Of a DNA stretch of 64,000 bases, positions 38,573 to 48,480 are shown piece by piece. Positions within the stretch are counted from its first letter, which is position 1. Every line of letters begins with the position of its first letter. The stretch spans positions 184,012 through 248,011 of the forward strand of contig JAJDCG010000001.1 in assembly GCA_029260965.1 (NCBI GenBank), in the 5' to 3' direction. Made by a program: the position numbers and the translations under genes. The DNA is from Candidatus Levyibacteriota bacterium (GTDB lineage Bacteria; Patescibacteriota; Microgenomatia; Levybacterales; UBA12049). Under the pieces are notes generated by a model, which searched no databases, was not told the origin of the DNA, and was given only the letters and a program-made list of their open reading frames with translations.

Positions 38573-39259
38573 ATGAAAAGTAAAGCAAAAGAATTCGTAT
38601 TGACATTTACAAGAAAAGAAAAACTCGCTGACAATATCTATACTTTTTATTTCTTAAAAAATGAAGATTTTGATTTTTTGCCAGGTCAGTATGTACGTGT
38701 TACTTTACCTCATGAAGATTCGGACAATAGGGGCATGCATAGATATTTTACGATTTGTTCATCTCCCCTTGAAAAGTATTTAACAATCTCTACGAAGCTA
38801 GTTAAAAGTACATTCAAAAAGAAGATCTTTGCTCTTAGAAAAGGAGATGAAGTTACTTTTTTTGGGCCGATGGGAAATTTGGTTTTGGATGAGAGGGAAA
38901 GTGCCTCGCTGGTTTTCTTGGCAGGAGGTATGGGAATAACTCCTTTTAGGAGTATGGTAAAGTATGTCTCTGATAAAGATTTTAAAACTCAAATCACACT
39001 GATTGTGTCTCAAAAAGAAAACGCTAGAATTTTTCAGAAAGAGCTTGAGGAGACAGCTGCTAAGCATAAAAATATAAGAGTGTTTTTTACTGACAAAAAA
39101 ATAGATAAGAAATTGATAGCGCAAAATATTTCCAACTTAAACAATCAGAAATTTTTTGTGGTTGGCCCGCCAATGATGGTTGAGGATACAAAAAAAGTTT
39201 TGCAGGAAATGGGTGTATCAGGTGACAAAATCTTCTTTGAAGACTTCACGGGGTATTAG
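38573..39259 (+). CDS. Ferredoxin-NADP reductase-like FAD/NAD(P)-binding oxidoreductase
   Basis: 228 aa. R-x-Y-T/S FAD motif (RYFTICSSP) and GGMGITP NAD(P)-binding motif. Confidence 0.75.
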   Translation: MKSKAKEFVLTFTRKEKLADNIYTFYFLKNEDFDFLPGQYVRVTLPHEDSDNRGMHRYFTICSSPLEKYLTISTKLVKSTFKKKIFALRKGDEVTFFGPMGNLVLDERESASLVFLAGGMGITPFRSMVKYVSDKDFKTQITLIVSQKENARIFQKELEETAAKHKNIRVFFTDKKIDKKLIAQNISNLNNQKFFVVGPPMMVEDTKKVLQEMGVSGDKIFFEDFTGY

Positions 39260-39306
39260 CTAAAATCCCAATTAAAATATTTTAGAGAGCAAGAATCACA
39301 TAAGTA

Positions 39307-40284
39307 TTATTCTAGTTCTTTTTTTACTTGTTCACTGAGGCTTCTTGCGCTTGTTATTTTTTGACCTAGTGTATTAAAACCCTTATTTACATTTGCATAT
39401 TGATTTGAAGCATTGCCTATGTGTTTGCCAAGCGTGTCCATAGAATCACTTACCTTTCCATAATCAATTTGAAGCGCTCTTAAAAGTCTGAAAATCTCAC
39501 GTGATTCTGACTCAATTTTTTTACCTTCAAAAGAGAGAAGAATTGTCTGAAGATGAGCATAGAGAGTGCTGGGGGATACTATATAAATCCGATGTTGTCT
39601 AGCATGTTCGGAGATGTCCTCCATGTTAACAATTTCATAAAACACTGATTCGCTTGGTACATACATCAGTGCAAAATCCATAGTTCCTTCATCTGGAAGA
39701 ATATATTTTTGGGCGATTGAATCAATATGTTTTTTGACATCTTTTGAAAATTCTCTTCTGTATAGTTTTATTTCATTTTCTGTTTTGGCCCTGGAAAGTT
39801 TTTGAAAATTTTCCATAGGAAATTTAGAATCAATAGGGAGTATGCCTGCATCTGTTTTAATAGCCGCATCTACCTTCTCGCCCGATTTGAATGTGTACTG
39901 AAGATTAAAACTATTTTTGGGGAAAATTTGAGTTATCAAATCCTTTAATACTTGTTCGCCAATATTTCCTCTGAGTTTTGGGGATTTAAGAAAATCCTGA
40001 AGTTCCTGCATGCTGCGGCCTATCTCACTCATTTTGCCCACTTCTTCACCAACTCCTCTTATGACAGATGCTGCCTTATCAAGTCTTTCGTTTAATTGTT
40101 TGGAATTCTCCTGAAGAGTGCGGACTGTATTTTCCGATTGGGAGTCAATTGTTTTTTGCATTGATTTCAGCCATTCAAGAAGTGTTGCATCTGTTTGTTT
40201 TTGGCTAAGTTTTTTATTAAGAAGATAAATAATAATTCCAAAGCCTATTACAAGTATTATTAAGATAGGCAGTAGTGTATCCAT
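39307..40284 (-). CDS. rmuC: DNA recombination protein RmuC
   Basis: 325 aa. N-terminal TM, long coiled coil, and a C-terminal RmuC nuclease-like region. Confidence 0.8.
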   Translation of the reverse strand: MDTLLPILIILVIGFGIIIYLLNKKLSQKQTDATLLEWLKSMQKTIDSQSENTVRTLQENSKQLNERLDKAASVIRGVGEEVGKMSEIGRSMQELQDFLKSPKLRGNIGEQVLKDLITQIFPKNSFNLQYTFKSGEKVDAAIKTDAGILPIDSKFPMENFQKLSRAKTENEIKLYRREFSKDVKKHIDSIAQKYILPDEGTMDFALMYVPSESVFYEIVNMEDISEHARQHRIYIVSPSTLYAHLQTILLSFEGKKIESESREIFRLLRALQIDYGKVSDSMDTLGKHIGNASNQYANVNKGFNTLGQKITSARSLSEQVKKELE

Positions 40285-40344
40285 ATTTCAAATATTGTAC
40301 CACAAAGTTTTTTTATTTTTAGTCTAATGATTTAGATCATTAGA

Positions 40345-41418
40345 CTATTTTGTATCGAAGTATAATTCAGGATTGACTGATACTTCATTCCAGCTTTTTG
40401 GTTTTTGATTAAAATAAGCAGCGGTTGCGATCATAGCAGCATTATCTGTGCAGAGAGATTTTTGAGGAACAAAAATCTCAGCTTTTAGCTTTTGGCTTTT
40501 AGCATTTAGAATCAATTTATCTCTGAGTTTTTGATTGGCGGCAACACCTCCTGAGATGAGGATTGATCTGGCATCATATTTTTGTGCTGCTTTGAGAGTT
40601 TTTTTTATCAATACATCAATTATGGCGTCCTGAGCTGCTAAAGCAATGTCTGATGTTGTTTGTTTATCAAGGCTTTTTATTTTTTGAGTTTCTCGAAGGA
40701 CAGCTGTTTTAAGACCTGAGAAGCTAAAGTCAAAATCAGTTGATCCGATAAGTGGGCGGGGGAAACGGAAGCGTTTTGGATTACCACTTTTTGCAGCTTT
40801 TTCGATCTCAGGTCCGCCTGGATAGGCAAGATTGAGAAGTCTTCCTATTTTATCAAACGCCTCACCTGCTGCGTCATCGCGCGTTCCACCAAGTAGTTTA
40901 TACTCCCCATGATTTTTAAATAGTAAAAGATCAGTATGTCCACCTGAGACAACGAGAGCAATGGCGGGAAATTGGATATTAGTTCCTGGTTCTTGGTTAT
41001 TGGATCCTAGTTTTGGGTTTTTAGTTTTAATTTTTGAGTCTTCTGTAACGAAGTTTGCATAAACATGTCCGAGCATATGATTAACTGGAATTATTGGTTT
41101 ATTTAAAACGTATGCAATGGTTTTGACAGTTTCAACCCCGACCAGCAATGATCCGATAAGACCAGGGCCGTAAGTAACAGCCAGATAATCAATATCATCA
41201 AGTTTTGTGTTTGCTTTTTCAAGTGAATCTTGAATAACTGGAATAATAAATTTTATTTGCTCACGCGCAGCGTTTTCGGGAATTATACCGCCTGTTTTGA
41301 TATGCGTTTCCATAGAAGAAGAAACGATATTTGATTTTAAAAAGACCTTATTTGCCAGTCCTTCAATTATGCTTGCTGATGTTTCATCGCATGAGGTTTC
41401 AATTCCTAGAATTATCAT
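40345..41418 (-). CDS. tsaD: tRNA N6-adenosine threonylcarbamoyltransferase TsaD (Kae1/Gcp family)
   Basis: MIILGIETSCDETSASII N-terminus. Metal-binding HxxH (HMLGHVY). ASKH-fold glycine motifs. Confidence 0.93.
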   Translation of the reverse strand: MIILGIETSCDETSASIIEGLANKVFLKSNIVSSSMETHIKTGGIIPENAAREQIKFIIPVIQDSLEKANTKLDDIDYLAVTYGPGLIGSLLVGVETVKTIAYVLNKPIIPVNHMLGHVYANFVTEDSKIKTKNPKLGSNNQEPGTNIQFPAIALVVSGGHTDLLLFKNHGEYKLLGGTRDDAAGEAFDKIGRLLNLAYPGGPEIEKAAKSGNPKRFRFPRPLIGSTDFDFSFSGLKTAVLRETQKIKSLDKQTTSDIALAAQDAIIDVLIKKTLKAAQKYDARSILISGGVAANQKLRDKLILNAKSQKLKAEIFVPQKSLCTDNAAMIATAAYFNQKPKSWNEVSVNPELYFDTK

Positions 41419-41894
41419 TCTGCCAGTTTGATTTCAACAGTGTCGCCTTCTTTAAATCCGTATTTTTCAGATAGACCTGCATTGATCTCAAAGACTTTGT
41501 CTGCTGGTGAGCTGGGTTGGTAGAGTGGCAGGTTGGTGCTGTTGTTTTCGGGTACTTCAGCATCTTTAAATATAGTTACGATTTTATCGTCTTTTATAAA
41601 GATAATGTCAATAGAAAATTTCATATCTTTCATCCAAAATGCATAAAGGTCTGCACGGGGGAAAATAAAAAGTAATCCATTATCTTCTGGAAATGTTTCA
41701 CGTCCTGAAAGTCCGACTTGTTGTTGTGCTGAGGTAGTTGCCAGTTCTGTTTTGAATTCTTGATTTTTTATGGTGACTTTAGAATTTGCATCAGGGTTTT
41801 TGTTGCTTTGATTGTTTTTAAATTGAAAAAATACAAAGCCTGCAAATGCAAGTAATATTATCGCGAAGATTATTATTATTTTATTGAAATTCAT
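41415..41894 (-). CDS. DUF192 (COG1430) family secreted protein
   Basis: 159 aa. N-terminal TM/signal. The LLFIFPRADLYAFWMKDMKFSIDIIFI core resembles DUF192. Confidence 0.65.
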   Translation of the reverse strand: MNFNKIIIIFAIILLAFAGFVFFQFKNNQSNKNPDANSKVTIKNQEFKTELATTSAQQQVGLSGRETFPEDNGLLFIFPRADLYAFWMKDMKFSIDIIFIKDDKIVTIFKDAEVPENNSTNLPLYQPSSPADKVFEINAGLSEKYGFKEGDTVEIKLAE

Positions 41895-42412
41895 ATTAAT
41901 TTTTTCAAGAGTTTTACCAGTTTTGACGTTGATTGGTTTTTCACAATACCAGTAACATCAATTACTTTTGCGCCGATTTTTTTTGCTTGTCGTTTTTTAT
42001 GAAAAATGTAGTTATCGGCTTTCGTGGTTGCAATTATAGCAGGTTTTAGGGAAATTACCAGTTTGTCATAATCCTCGTCGGTTTTGAAGCAAGGGAGTTT
42101 TATTATGTAGTCAACAATATCCAAGTGGGAAAGAATTTTTGCTCTGTCTTCCTGTCTATTGATTGGTCTGTTGCTTGTTTTAAGTTTTTTTATGTTTTCA
42201 TCCGATTCAAGGAGTGCAAACAATACATCGCCTTGTTTTTTTGCATTTGCTAGATATGCTATATGTCCGACATGTAAAATATCAAAACACCCACCAGCCA
42301 GAACGATAGTTCTTCCCTTTATGTTTAGTTCTTTAGTAAGTTTTACTGCATCCCCAATTTTTAATATTTTTCCCACCATAGTTTTGGAATAATCAAACAA
42401 TACCAATTTCAA
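41891..42412 (-). CDS. Cytidylyltransferase-like nucleotidyltransferase (HxGH family)
   Basis: 173 aa. GGCFDILHVGHIAYL, the H-x-G-H signature of the nucleotidylyltransferase alpha/beta phosphodiesterase superfamily. Confidence 0.65.
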   Translation of the reverse strand: MKLVLFDYSKTMVGKILKIGDAVKLTKELNIKGRTIVLAGGCFDILHVGHIAYLANAKKQGDVLFALLESDENIKKLKTSNRPINRQEDRAKILSHLDIVDYIIKLPCFKTDEDYDKLVISLKPAIIATTKADNYIFHKKRQAKKIGAKVIDVTGIVKNQSTSKLVKLLKKLI

Positions 42413-42447
42413 ATATCTAATTATAATTAGTAATTATTTAAAATTTA

Positions 42448-43902
42448 CTACTCCTTTGTTCCGCGTAGGTAAACTGCTTTCCAGGGGCGGAAGTTGGAGG
42501 AGAATTTGTTATCTTGTATAATTTCTCCATTTCTTTTGACAATTCTTGTGAAATAGACATTGGCGCCAGCTGCGGCAAAATCGATCTGTTTTATCTCACC
42601 TTTTGGCAGTTCTGGATCATCAATATATTCTGCTTCAGGAGCTGGAGACGTGCTGAGTATTACCGGTTCATTTATTATTACTTCACGGTTATCGTGGGTT
42701 CCATAAAGTTCAAAGGTCAGGGTGTAATTGATCATATCGGGATATGCTTGTACAAGTATGTGTTTATTTGTATCGTTTTTAAATTTTAAATCAACGCTGG
42801 GAGTATATATTGCAGCATCAACTCCTGGGCCACGGTCTTGTTCATAATATCCAACTCGATATGCATGTTGATTTCGCTCTACAATCGGAAGGCCTGCATT
42901 TAGAGCAGCTCTGAAAAGAGTTGTAGATACTTGGCAGACTCCGCCTCCGTCTCCAAGTATGGTTTTACCACCTGATATAACATATGCTTGTTTGTATCCA
43001 GTAAGACCAGATATGTCTCCAACTGTTTGGTTAAATGAAAAGACTTCACCTGGAGCAATGAGAGCGCCGTTTATTCGAGAGGCTGCTAGGTTGATGTTGT
43101 AGGCGCGGTTCTCAATTGATCCTGCAAAAGAAGATGTGCCTCTTGCGATAAGCTCTCTTATTCCGTAGTTATTTATTTTTTCTGTTGAAACTTTTGGCTC
43201 CAGGACTCTTACAGGAACTGGTAATTTGAATGTTTTAGCTTTGCCATTTTTTCCAACTTCTGACATTTTTGTGACAATTTCTTTTTTGAGTTTCTGGACA
43301 TCAACCTCTTGACCGTTTTTTGAAAGCTTGAATGCAGTAACGCGCCCGTTTTGAAAATTAAAAATTCCCTCTATGGGGTTGACATTGAATTTCGTAGCAA
43401 AAGGAGTAATCATTTCATCAAGCATTTTTTCTTCATATTTTATTGCTGTTGGTAAATTTATACCTGTAATATATGCTTGGAGGGCAAGGCGCATGTCAGG
43501 TAGTAGGTTTCCAGATTTACCGATTGACATTGCTTGGGTTGCAAGAAGTTCTTTGTCATAACCAAATCCGATCTGTTTTGCCGATATAGTGGCTATAGCT
43601 TCATCTGATGCAATAAAGAAGGTGGTATCTTGGATTATTTTATTTCTATCTTCAAAATATTTCTCAACTTCATCTTTTGTTTTACCACCAAATTCTATAT
43701 TGTCTATCATAACACCAGCATAAACACGGTTCTCGTTTTTATTGCGATAGAGAAGATAGAGTGAACTTACAAAAAATAAAAATCCTATTATTGCACCTAT
43801 AGTGAACCAAAAAATCATTTTTAATCCACGGTTAATGTGGTGCTTTTTTGGAACTGGGATATTCTTTGCCAAATTAGGAAGCTTTTGCGATAGGATTGCC
43901 AT
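42448..43902 (-). CDS. VanW-family protein (membrane-anchored)
   Basis: 484 aa. N-terminal TM. VanW-like core (GGGVCQVSTTLFRAALNAGLPIVERNQHAY). Confidence 0.8.
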   Translation of the reverse strand: MAILSQKLPNLAKNIPVPKKHHINRGLKMIFWFTIGAIIGFLFFVSSLYLLYRNKNENRVYAGVMIDNIEFGGKTKDEVEKYFEDRNKIIQDTTFFIASDEAIATISAKQIGFGYDKELLATQAMSIGKSGNLLPDMRLALQAYITGINLPTAIKYEEKMLDEMITPFATKFNVNPIEGIFNFQNGRVTAFKLSKNGQEVDVQKLKKEIVTKMSEVGKNGKAKTFKLPVPVRVLEPKVSTEKINNYGIRELIARGTSSFAGSIENRAYNINLAASRINGALIAPGEVFSFNQTVGDISGLTGYKQAYVISGGKTILGDGGGVCQVSTTLFRAALNAGLPIVERNQHAYRVGYYEQDRGPGVDAAIYTPSVDLKFKNDTNKHILVQAYPDMINYTLTFELYGTHDNREVIINEPVILSTSPAPEAEYIDDPELPKGEIKQIDFAAAGANVYFTRIVKRNGEIIQDNKFSSNFRPWKAVYLRGTKE

Positions 43903-43931
43903 AGTTTACTCTCCCGTATTATACTATAAAT

Positions 43932-45482
43932 ATGAACCAAGATGAAAACATAGTTTATGAGGGCCTTGGGGGAGTGGAGCAGAATCCTCAATCACAAGAT
44001 CAGACTGCGCCTGTTGGTCAAGAGTCGTCCCAACAACCACCCCAGCCTGAGTCTCCTCAGAATCCGTTAGATAGCACCCCTCCTGTTGTTGTTAATCCGT
44101 TAGATGTTCCTCAAGGAGTTCAGGATTCTTCTCAAGCTCAGCCACCATCTAGTCCACCTCCTCCTATAAAAACAGGTATTCTAGGAGGAGGTCTTTTGAA
44201 GAAAGTATTAATTGGTTTGGGTGTTTTGGTTTTGATAATTATTATTGTGGTTATTTTTGCGCCAAAAGATAAGACCCCTGAAGATGCGAGTCTTATTTGG
44301 TGGGGGCTCTGGGAGGATCAGGCAGTAGTAGAGCCATTGATAGATGATTTTCAAAAAGAAAATCCAAACATTACTGTAAATTACATCAAGCAGGACCCGC
44401 AACAATATAGGGAAAAGTTGGTTGCAAGGATAAGCAACAATACTGAAGACGCGCCTGATATATTTCGTTTCCATAACACATGGGTTCCCATGCTGTCTGA
44501 TTTTCTGCTCCCGTTATCAGATGATGTTATAAATCCTGACGACTTCAAGAAAAGTTTTTATCCAGTTATGCAGAGTGATCTTGTGCAAAACGGTGCGATA
44601 TATGGTATTCCCTTGGGAGCTGATACTTTGGCCCTTTTTATCAACACTGAGCTCCTTGAAGCATCTGGGGAAGATGCTCCAGATAACTGGGATGACTTTA
44701 TAAAGACAGCAAGAGCCATGACCGTAAAAGACAGCGATGGGCGTATCATAACAGCAGGTGCGGCACTTGGGACATATAACAATGTTACTCATGCGCCTGA
44801 CATAATTTCTCTCTTAATGGTTCAGCAAGGAGTGGATATGAGAAAGTTTCCTGAATCAAGTGCTGACAAGGTGGGGACATTGGATTTTTACACCTCTTTT
44901 GCAACTGGAAGTCAGAATGTTTGGGATAGCACGCTTGATGATTCAATTGTTGCTTTTGCTGGGGGAAGGCTGGCTATGTATATCGGCTATTCATGGGATA
45001 TTTTCACAATACAGGGTTTGAATCCCGATCTTGGATTTCAGGTCTATCCAGTTCCTCAGCTGCCTGGCACAGAAACAACGATTGCGAGTTATTGGGTAGA
45101 GGGGATTTCATCCAAAAGTCAGAATCAAGATGCCGCGCTTTTGTTTATGAAATATCTGGCTCAAAAAGAAACAGCGGAGAAATTCTATACAACCGTTGCT
45201 AAGACAAGGGCCTTTGGTGAATTGTATGCCAGAACTGACCTGGCTGAATCTCTTTCAGATAATCCACTGATTTTTCCTTTTGTGTCTCAGTTAGATAAAG
45301 CGCAGTCGTCATTTTTTGTAGGTAATACACAGGATGGAGAGGGAGGGATAAATTCAAGCAGCAATGTTTACATAGAAAATGCTGTAAATAGTATTACTAA
45401 TGAGGGCGCTTCTGTGCAAACAGTTATTGAAACATTAAATTCAGGTATTGGTCAGGTCTATGAAAAATATGGCGTCCGTTAA
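43932..45482 (+). CDS. Extracellular solute-binding protein (ABC family-1 sugar-binding type) with Pro/Gln-rich N-terminal low-complexity region
   Basis: 516 aa. TM anchor after a PQ-rich head. SBP motifs (LIWWGLWEDQAVVEPLIDDF..., FRFHNTWVP). Confidence 0.75.
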   Translation: MNQDENIVYEGLGGVEQNPQSQDQTAPVGQESSQQPPQPESPQNPLDSTPPVVVNPLDVPQGVQDSSQAQPPSSPPPPIKTGILGGGLLKKVLIGLGVLVLIIIIVVIFAPKDKTPEDASLIWWGLWEDQAVVEPLIDDFQKENPNITVNYIKQDPQQYREKLVARISNNTEDAPDIFRFHNTWVPMLSDFLLPLSDDVINPDDFKKSFYPVMQSDLVQNGAIYGIPLGADTLALFINTELLEASGEDAPDNWDDFIKTARAMTVKDSDGRIITAGAALGTYNNVTHAPDIISLLMVQQGVDMRKFPESSADKVGTLDFYTSFATGSQNVWDSTLDDSIVAFAGGRLAMYIGYSWDIFTIQGLNPDLGFQVYPVPQLPGTETTIASYWVEGISSKSQNQDAALLFMKYLAQKETAEKFYTTVAKTRAFGELYARTDLAESLSDNPLIFPFVSQLDKAQSSFFVGNTQDGEGGINSSSNVYIENAVNSITNEGASVQTVIETLNSGIGQVYEKYGVR

Positions 45483-46377
45483 AGATTCGATACTAAAAAC
45501 ATTGATTTATAGTGATATTTTCAGTTTTCCCTTGAGTCGCGGGGAGCTCTGGGAATATTTAGTGAGTGATAAAAAAATTACACAAAACGAATTTAATCAA
45601 GGGCTTTTGGAACTTATTAATAAAAAAATGATAGTTTATGAAAAAGGTTTTTATGCATTTTCCACTAAGCGTTCAAATATCGACAGAAGGTTGTTTAATC
45701 TACCTGAAGTTTCCCAAAAAATAAACATTGCTCAAAAAACCGTGAAGGTTATTTCATGTATACCTACGATCAAGCTAATTGGTTTAAGCGGAGGTTTGGC
45801 TATGTATGATGCAGACAGTGAGGATGATATTGATTTATTTGTTGTCGCTTCTAAAAAAACTGTATTTGTAACCAGATTTTGGATATTGTTTGCGCTCCAG
45901 ATCATGGGTTTGAGAAGAACTAGATTTGATAAAAATCCAGCCGATAAAATATGTGTGAACATGGTGATTGATGAGGAAAGTTTGAGTTGGAGTCAGGCTG
46001 ATAGGGACATCTATACAGCTCATGAAATAGTACAGTTGAAACCACTTTTTGAGAGAGATTGTACATATTCAAGATTTGTCAGTAAAAATAAATGGATTAA
46101 CAAATTTTTCCCAAATTTTTCTATAGAGAAGACAGACAAAAGCATTTACATTACAGGAAGAGACAATTTGTTATTTAGGATGACAGGTGCTATCTTTGGT
46201 TGTTCTTTTTTTGAATTTATCCTGAGGAAGTTCCAGGAATCATTGATTCAAAGGAATAAGACGCGGGAAAAAGTAGATATTGGAGTTTTAGCACTGCATC
46301 CGGTTGACTATAGGGCTGATACACTATATAAATTAAGGCTGAAATTTCTGGAATTAGGTTTATTGACAAAGCTTTGA
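45469..46377 (+). CDS. Nucleotidyltransferase-fold protein (minimal NTase motif)
   Basis: GLSGGLAMYDADSEDDIDLFVV fits the hG[GS]x9-13[DE]h[DE]h pattern. Start taken at MASVK to avoid a long overlap with the preceding gene. Confidence 0.55.
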   Translation: MASVKDSILKTLIYSDIFSFPLSRGELWEYLVSDKKITQNEFNQGLLELINKKMIVYEKGFYAFSTKRSNIDRRLFNLPEVSQKINIAQKTVKVISCIPTIKLIGLSGGLAMYDADSEDDIDLFVVASKKTVFVTRFWILFALQIMGLRRTRFDKNPADKICVNMVIDEESLSWSQADRDIYTAHEIVQLKPLFERDCTYSRFVSKNKWINKFFPNFSIEKTDKSIYITGRDNLLFRMTGAIFGCSFFEFILRKFQESLIQRNKTREKVDIGVLALHPVDYRADTLYKLRLKFLELGLLTKL

Positions 46378-46455
46378 ATATCTTTTATACTTTCTCACAA
46401 TTGATCAAATCTGTTTCCCTCAATTTAATGGTTGAGGGATTTTTAATATAAATAT

Positions 46456-46929
46456 ATGAGTCTTGATAATAAAAAAATGTATCTTACCCCAAAGGGGCTT
46501 GAGAATCTCAAAAAAGAGCATGAGGATCTAGTGAATAAAAGGAGGCCCGAGGTAATTGAACGGCTTTCAACTGCTCGTGAGATGGGAGATTTGTCAGAAA
46601 ACGCTGAGTATACCGCTGCGCGTGAGGAGCTATCATTCATAGATGGCAGGATTGAGGAGTTGGAGTCTTTTATTAAGCAGGCAGTGATCATAGACGAGGC
46701 AAATCACAAGACAAAATCAGTTGATTTGGGGTCTGAGGTAACAGTGAAGGTAAAAGGCAAAAAAGAAATATTTACACTAGTGGGTGAGTGGGAGGCAGAT
46801 CCGCAGGAGAAAAAAATATCCCATGAGTCACCACTTGGCAAGGCGCTTATTGGAAAAACTGTCGGTGATGACATAGAGGTAGAGGCACCTGCAGGGAAAA
46901 TGGTCTACACAATCGTCTCCATAGGTTAG
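46456..46929 (+). CDS. greA: Transcription elongation factor GreA
   Basis: 157 aa. N-terminal coiled coil with acidic tip (GDLSENAEY) and a C-terminal FKBP-like domain. Confidence 0.92.
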   Translation: MSLDNKKMYLTPKGLENLKKEHEDLVNKRRPEVIERLSTAREMGDLSENAEYTAAREELSFIDGRIEELESFIKQAVIIDEANHKTKSVDLGSEVTVKVKGKKEIFTLVGEWEADPQEKKISHESPLGKALIGKTVGDDIEVEAPAGKMVYTIVSIG

Positions 46930-47293
46930 TAGTTTGATTCGTTCTTCGTCTAAAATATAATATAAAAGAAAAGCAGAATTTGTAGATTAAGCTAGTCTAG
47001 GAGCATTTGACTGTGTTCTCCTTGGGGTAAAGTCTCTTCTTGGGGGTGGTCCTCCGTCAGTATCCATTCTTGCAATTTGAGCCTCGTCCGATAAAGGGTC
47101 ATAAGCGCCTCCGGAATTTCCGGTTGTACCTTCTTTATCTGCCCATTTACCAATAGTATCATCTGGAGCAAATCTAATAGAAGAAAATTCAGGACCATTT
47201 CTCATAGATTACGTGCAATATATATAATATTTGACAGTTTGTCAACAGGTATTTGCTCTCTGAGCCTATTTCACCTATAATTAAGTCCTATCT

Positions 47294-48478
47294 ATGGCCA
47301 GAAAGAAGCTTAGTGAGTATCGTGCAAAGATCCTGTTGTCAGAAGAGCTTGGAAAAGATTATGCAGGTATTTCATTTGATGCATCAAGAGATGATTTTAG
47401 CAAACTCAGAGAGTTGGATCAGTCAAAATCCTATGTAATCAAAATCGATGAAGGTATAAAAAAAAGGATGAAAAAAGGGTTGGTCGTTCTTAACAAAAGA
47501 CCAACAGATTTGAAAGAAGAGATAGGAAAGTTCTCCAAGTTGGGATATAAACATTTTATAATCGAACCATTTATTCAGCACGATTCTTCATCAGAGAAAT
47601 ACTTTTCCATTGAACGAGTGAGAGACGGATATCAAGTGCTTTATTCAGAAAGAGGAGGAATCGATATAGAGGAAAATCAGAGTGGGGTAAAAAAAGCATT
47701 AATTACGAGTGAAGAATCGTTTGAAGAAATTAATTCTGGTATCAAATTGCCAAGAGGGATATTGAGTAAAATTGTTCAAGCATTTGATAAGTATTATTTT
47801 TCTTTTTTGGAGATAAACCCTCTGGTTGTTGAGAATGGAAGTTTTCATTTTCTTGATATAGCATCAACTGTTGATAGCGCAGGGCAGTTTTTCGTTAAAA
47901 ACGCATGGGATGAGCGCAATCTTAGAACAGGAGAGATCAAAGCAAAAACTAATGAAGAAAAAAAGATTGCAGAGTTGTCTGCGAAATCTCAGGCATCATT
48001 TGCATTTGATTTTCTCAATCCTGACGGTTCGATTTTCGTACTCCTCTCAGGAGGCGGTGCTAGCGTAGTTCTTGCAGACGAGGTATACAACCTTGGCTTT
48101 GGACGCGACCTTGCTAACTATGGGGACTATAGTGGAAATCCCAATGCTGAGGAGACATATATTTATACCCGAAATATTCTTAGTCTTCTTCTCAAATCAA
48201 AGGCCAAGAAAAAAGTTTTTGTCATCGCTGGTGGAGTTGCCAATTTCACAGATATACGTATAACTTTCAAGGGAGTTATAAAAGCGCTATCTGAGTATGA
48301 AAAAGAATTAAAAAAACAAAATGTAAAAATATTTGTTCGTCGTGGAGGTCCGCATCAGGAGGAAGGAATAATAGATATGGAAAAGTTTCTTTTGAAAGCA
48401 GGTTTAGGCGGAGTTGTGTCTGGTCCAGAGATGAAATTGCCAGAGGTGGTGTCGGTTGCGATAAGTGCGTTAAAGTAA
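47294..48478 (+). CDS. aclB: ATP-citrate lyase small (beta) subunit, ATP-grasp/citrate-binding part
   Basis: 394 aa. Alignable along its full length to the N-terminal 420 aa of eukaryotic ACLY (FLEINPLVV, LNPDG..., GGGASVV..D, ANYGEYSG, GGxANFT..V..TFKG, VRRGGP). Confidence 0.85.
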   Translation: MARKKLSEYRAKILLSEELGKDYAGISFDASRDDFSKLRELDQSKSYVIKIDEGIKKRMKKGLVVLNKRPTDLKEEIGKFSKLGYKHFIIEPFIQHDSSSEKYFSIERVRDGYQVLYSERGGIDIEENQSGVKKALITSEESFEEINSGIKLPRGILSKIVQAFDKYYFSFLEINPLVVENGSFHFLDIASTVDSAGQFFVKNAWDERNLRTGEIKAKTNEEKKIAELSAKSQASFAFDFLNPDGSIFVLLSGGGASVVLADEVYNLGFGRDLANYGDYSGNPNAEETYIYTRNILSLLLKSKAKKKVFVIAGGVANFTDIRITFKGVIKALSEYEKELKKQNVKIFVRRGGPHQEEGIIDMEKFLLKAGLGGVVSGPEMKLPEVVSVAISALK

Positions 48479-48480
48479 AT

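Noticed and set aside
46987-47205. 72-aa Pro/Gly-rich minus-strand ORFs (two overlapping frames) between greA and aclB
   Set aside because: No recognisable motif and no RBS, and both overlapping frames are open (a compositional effect). Cannot be supported as a gene, though a small protein is not excluded.
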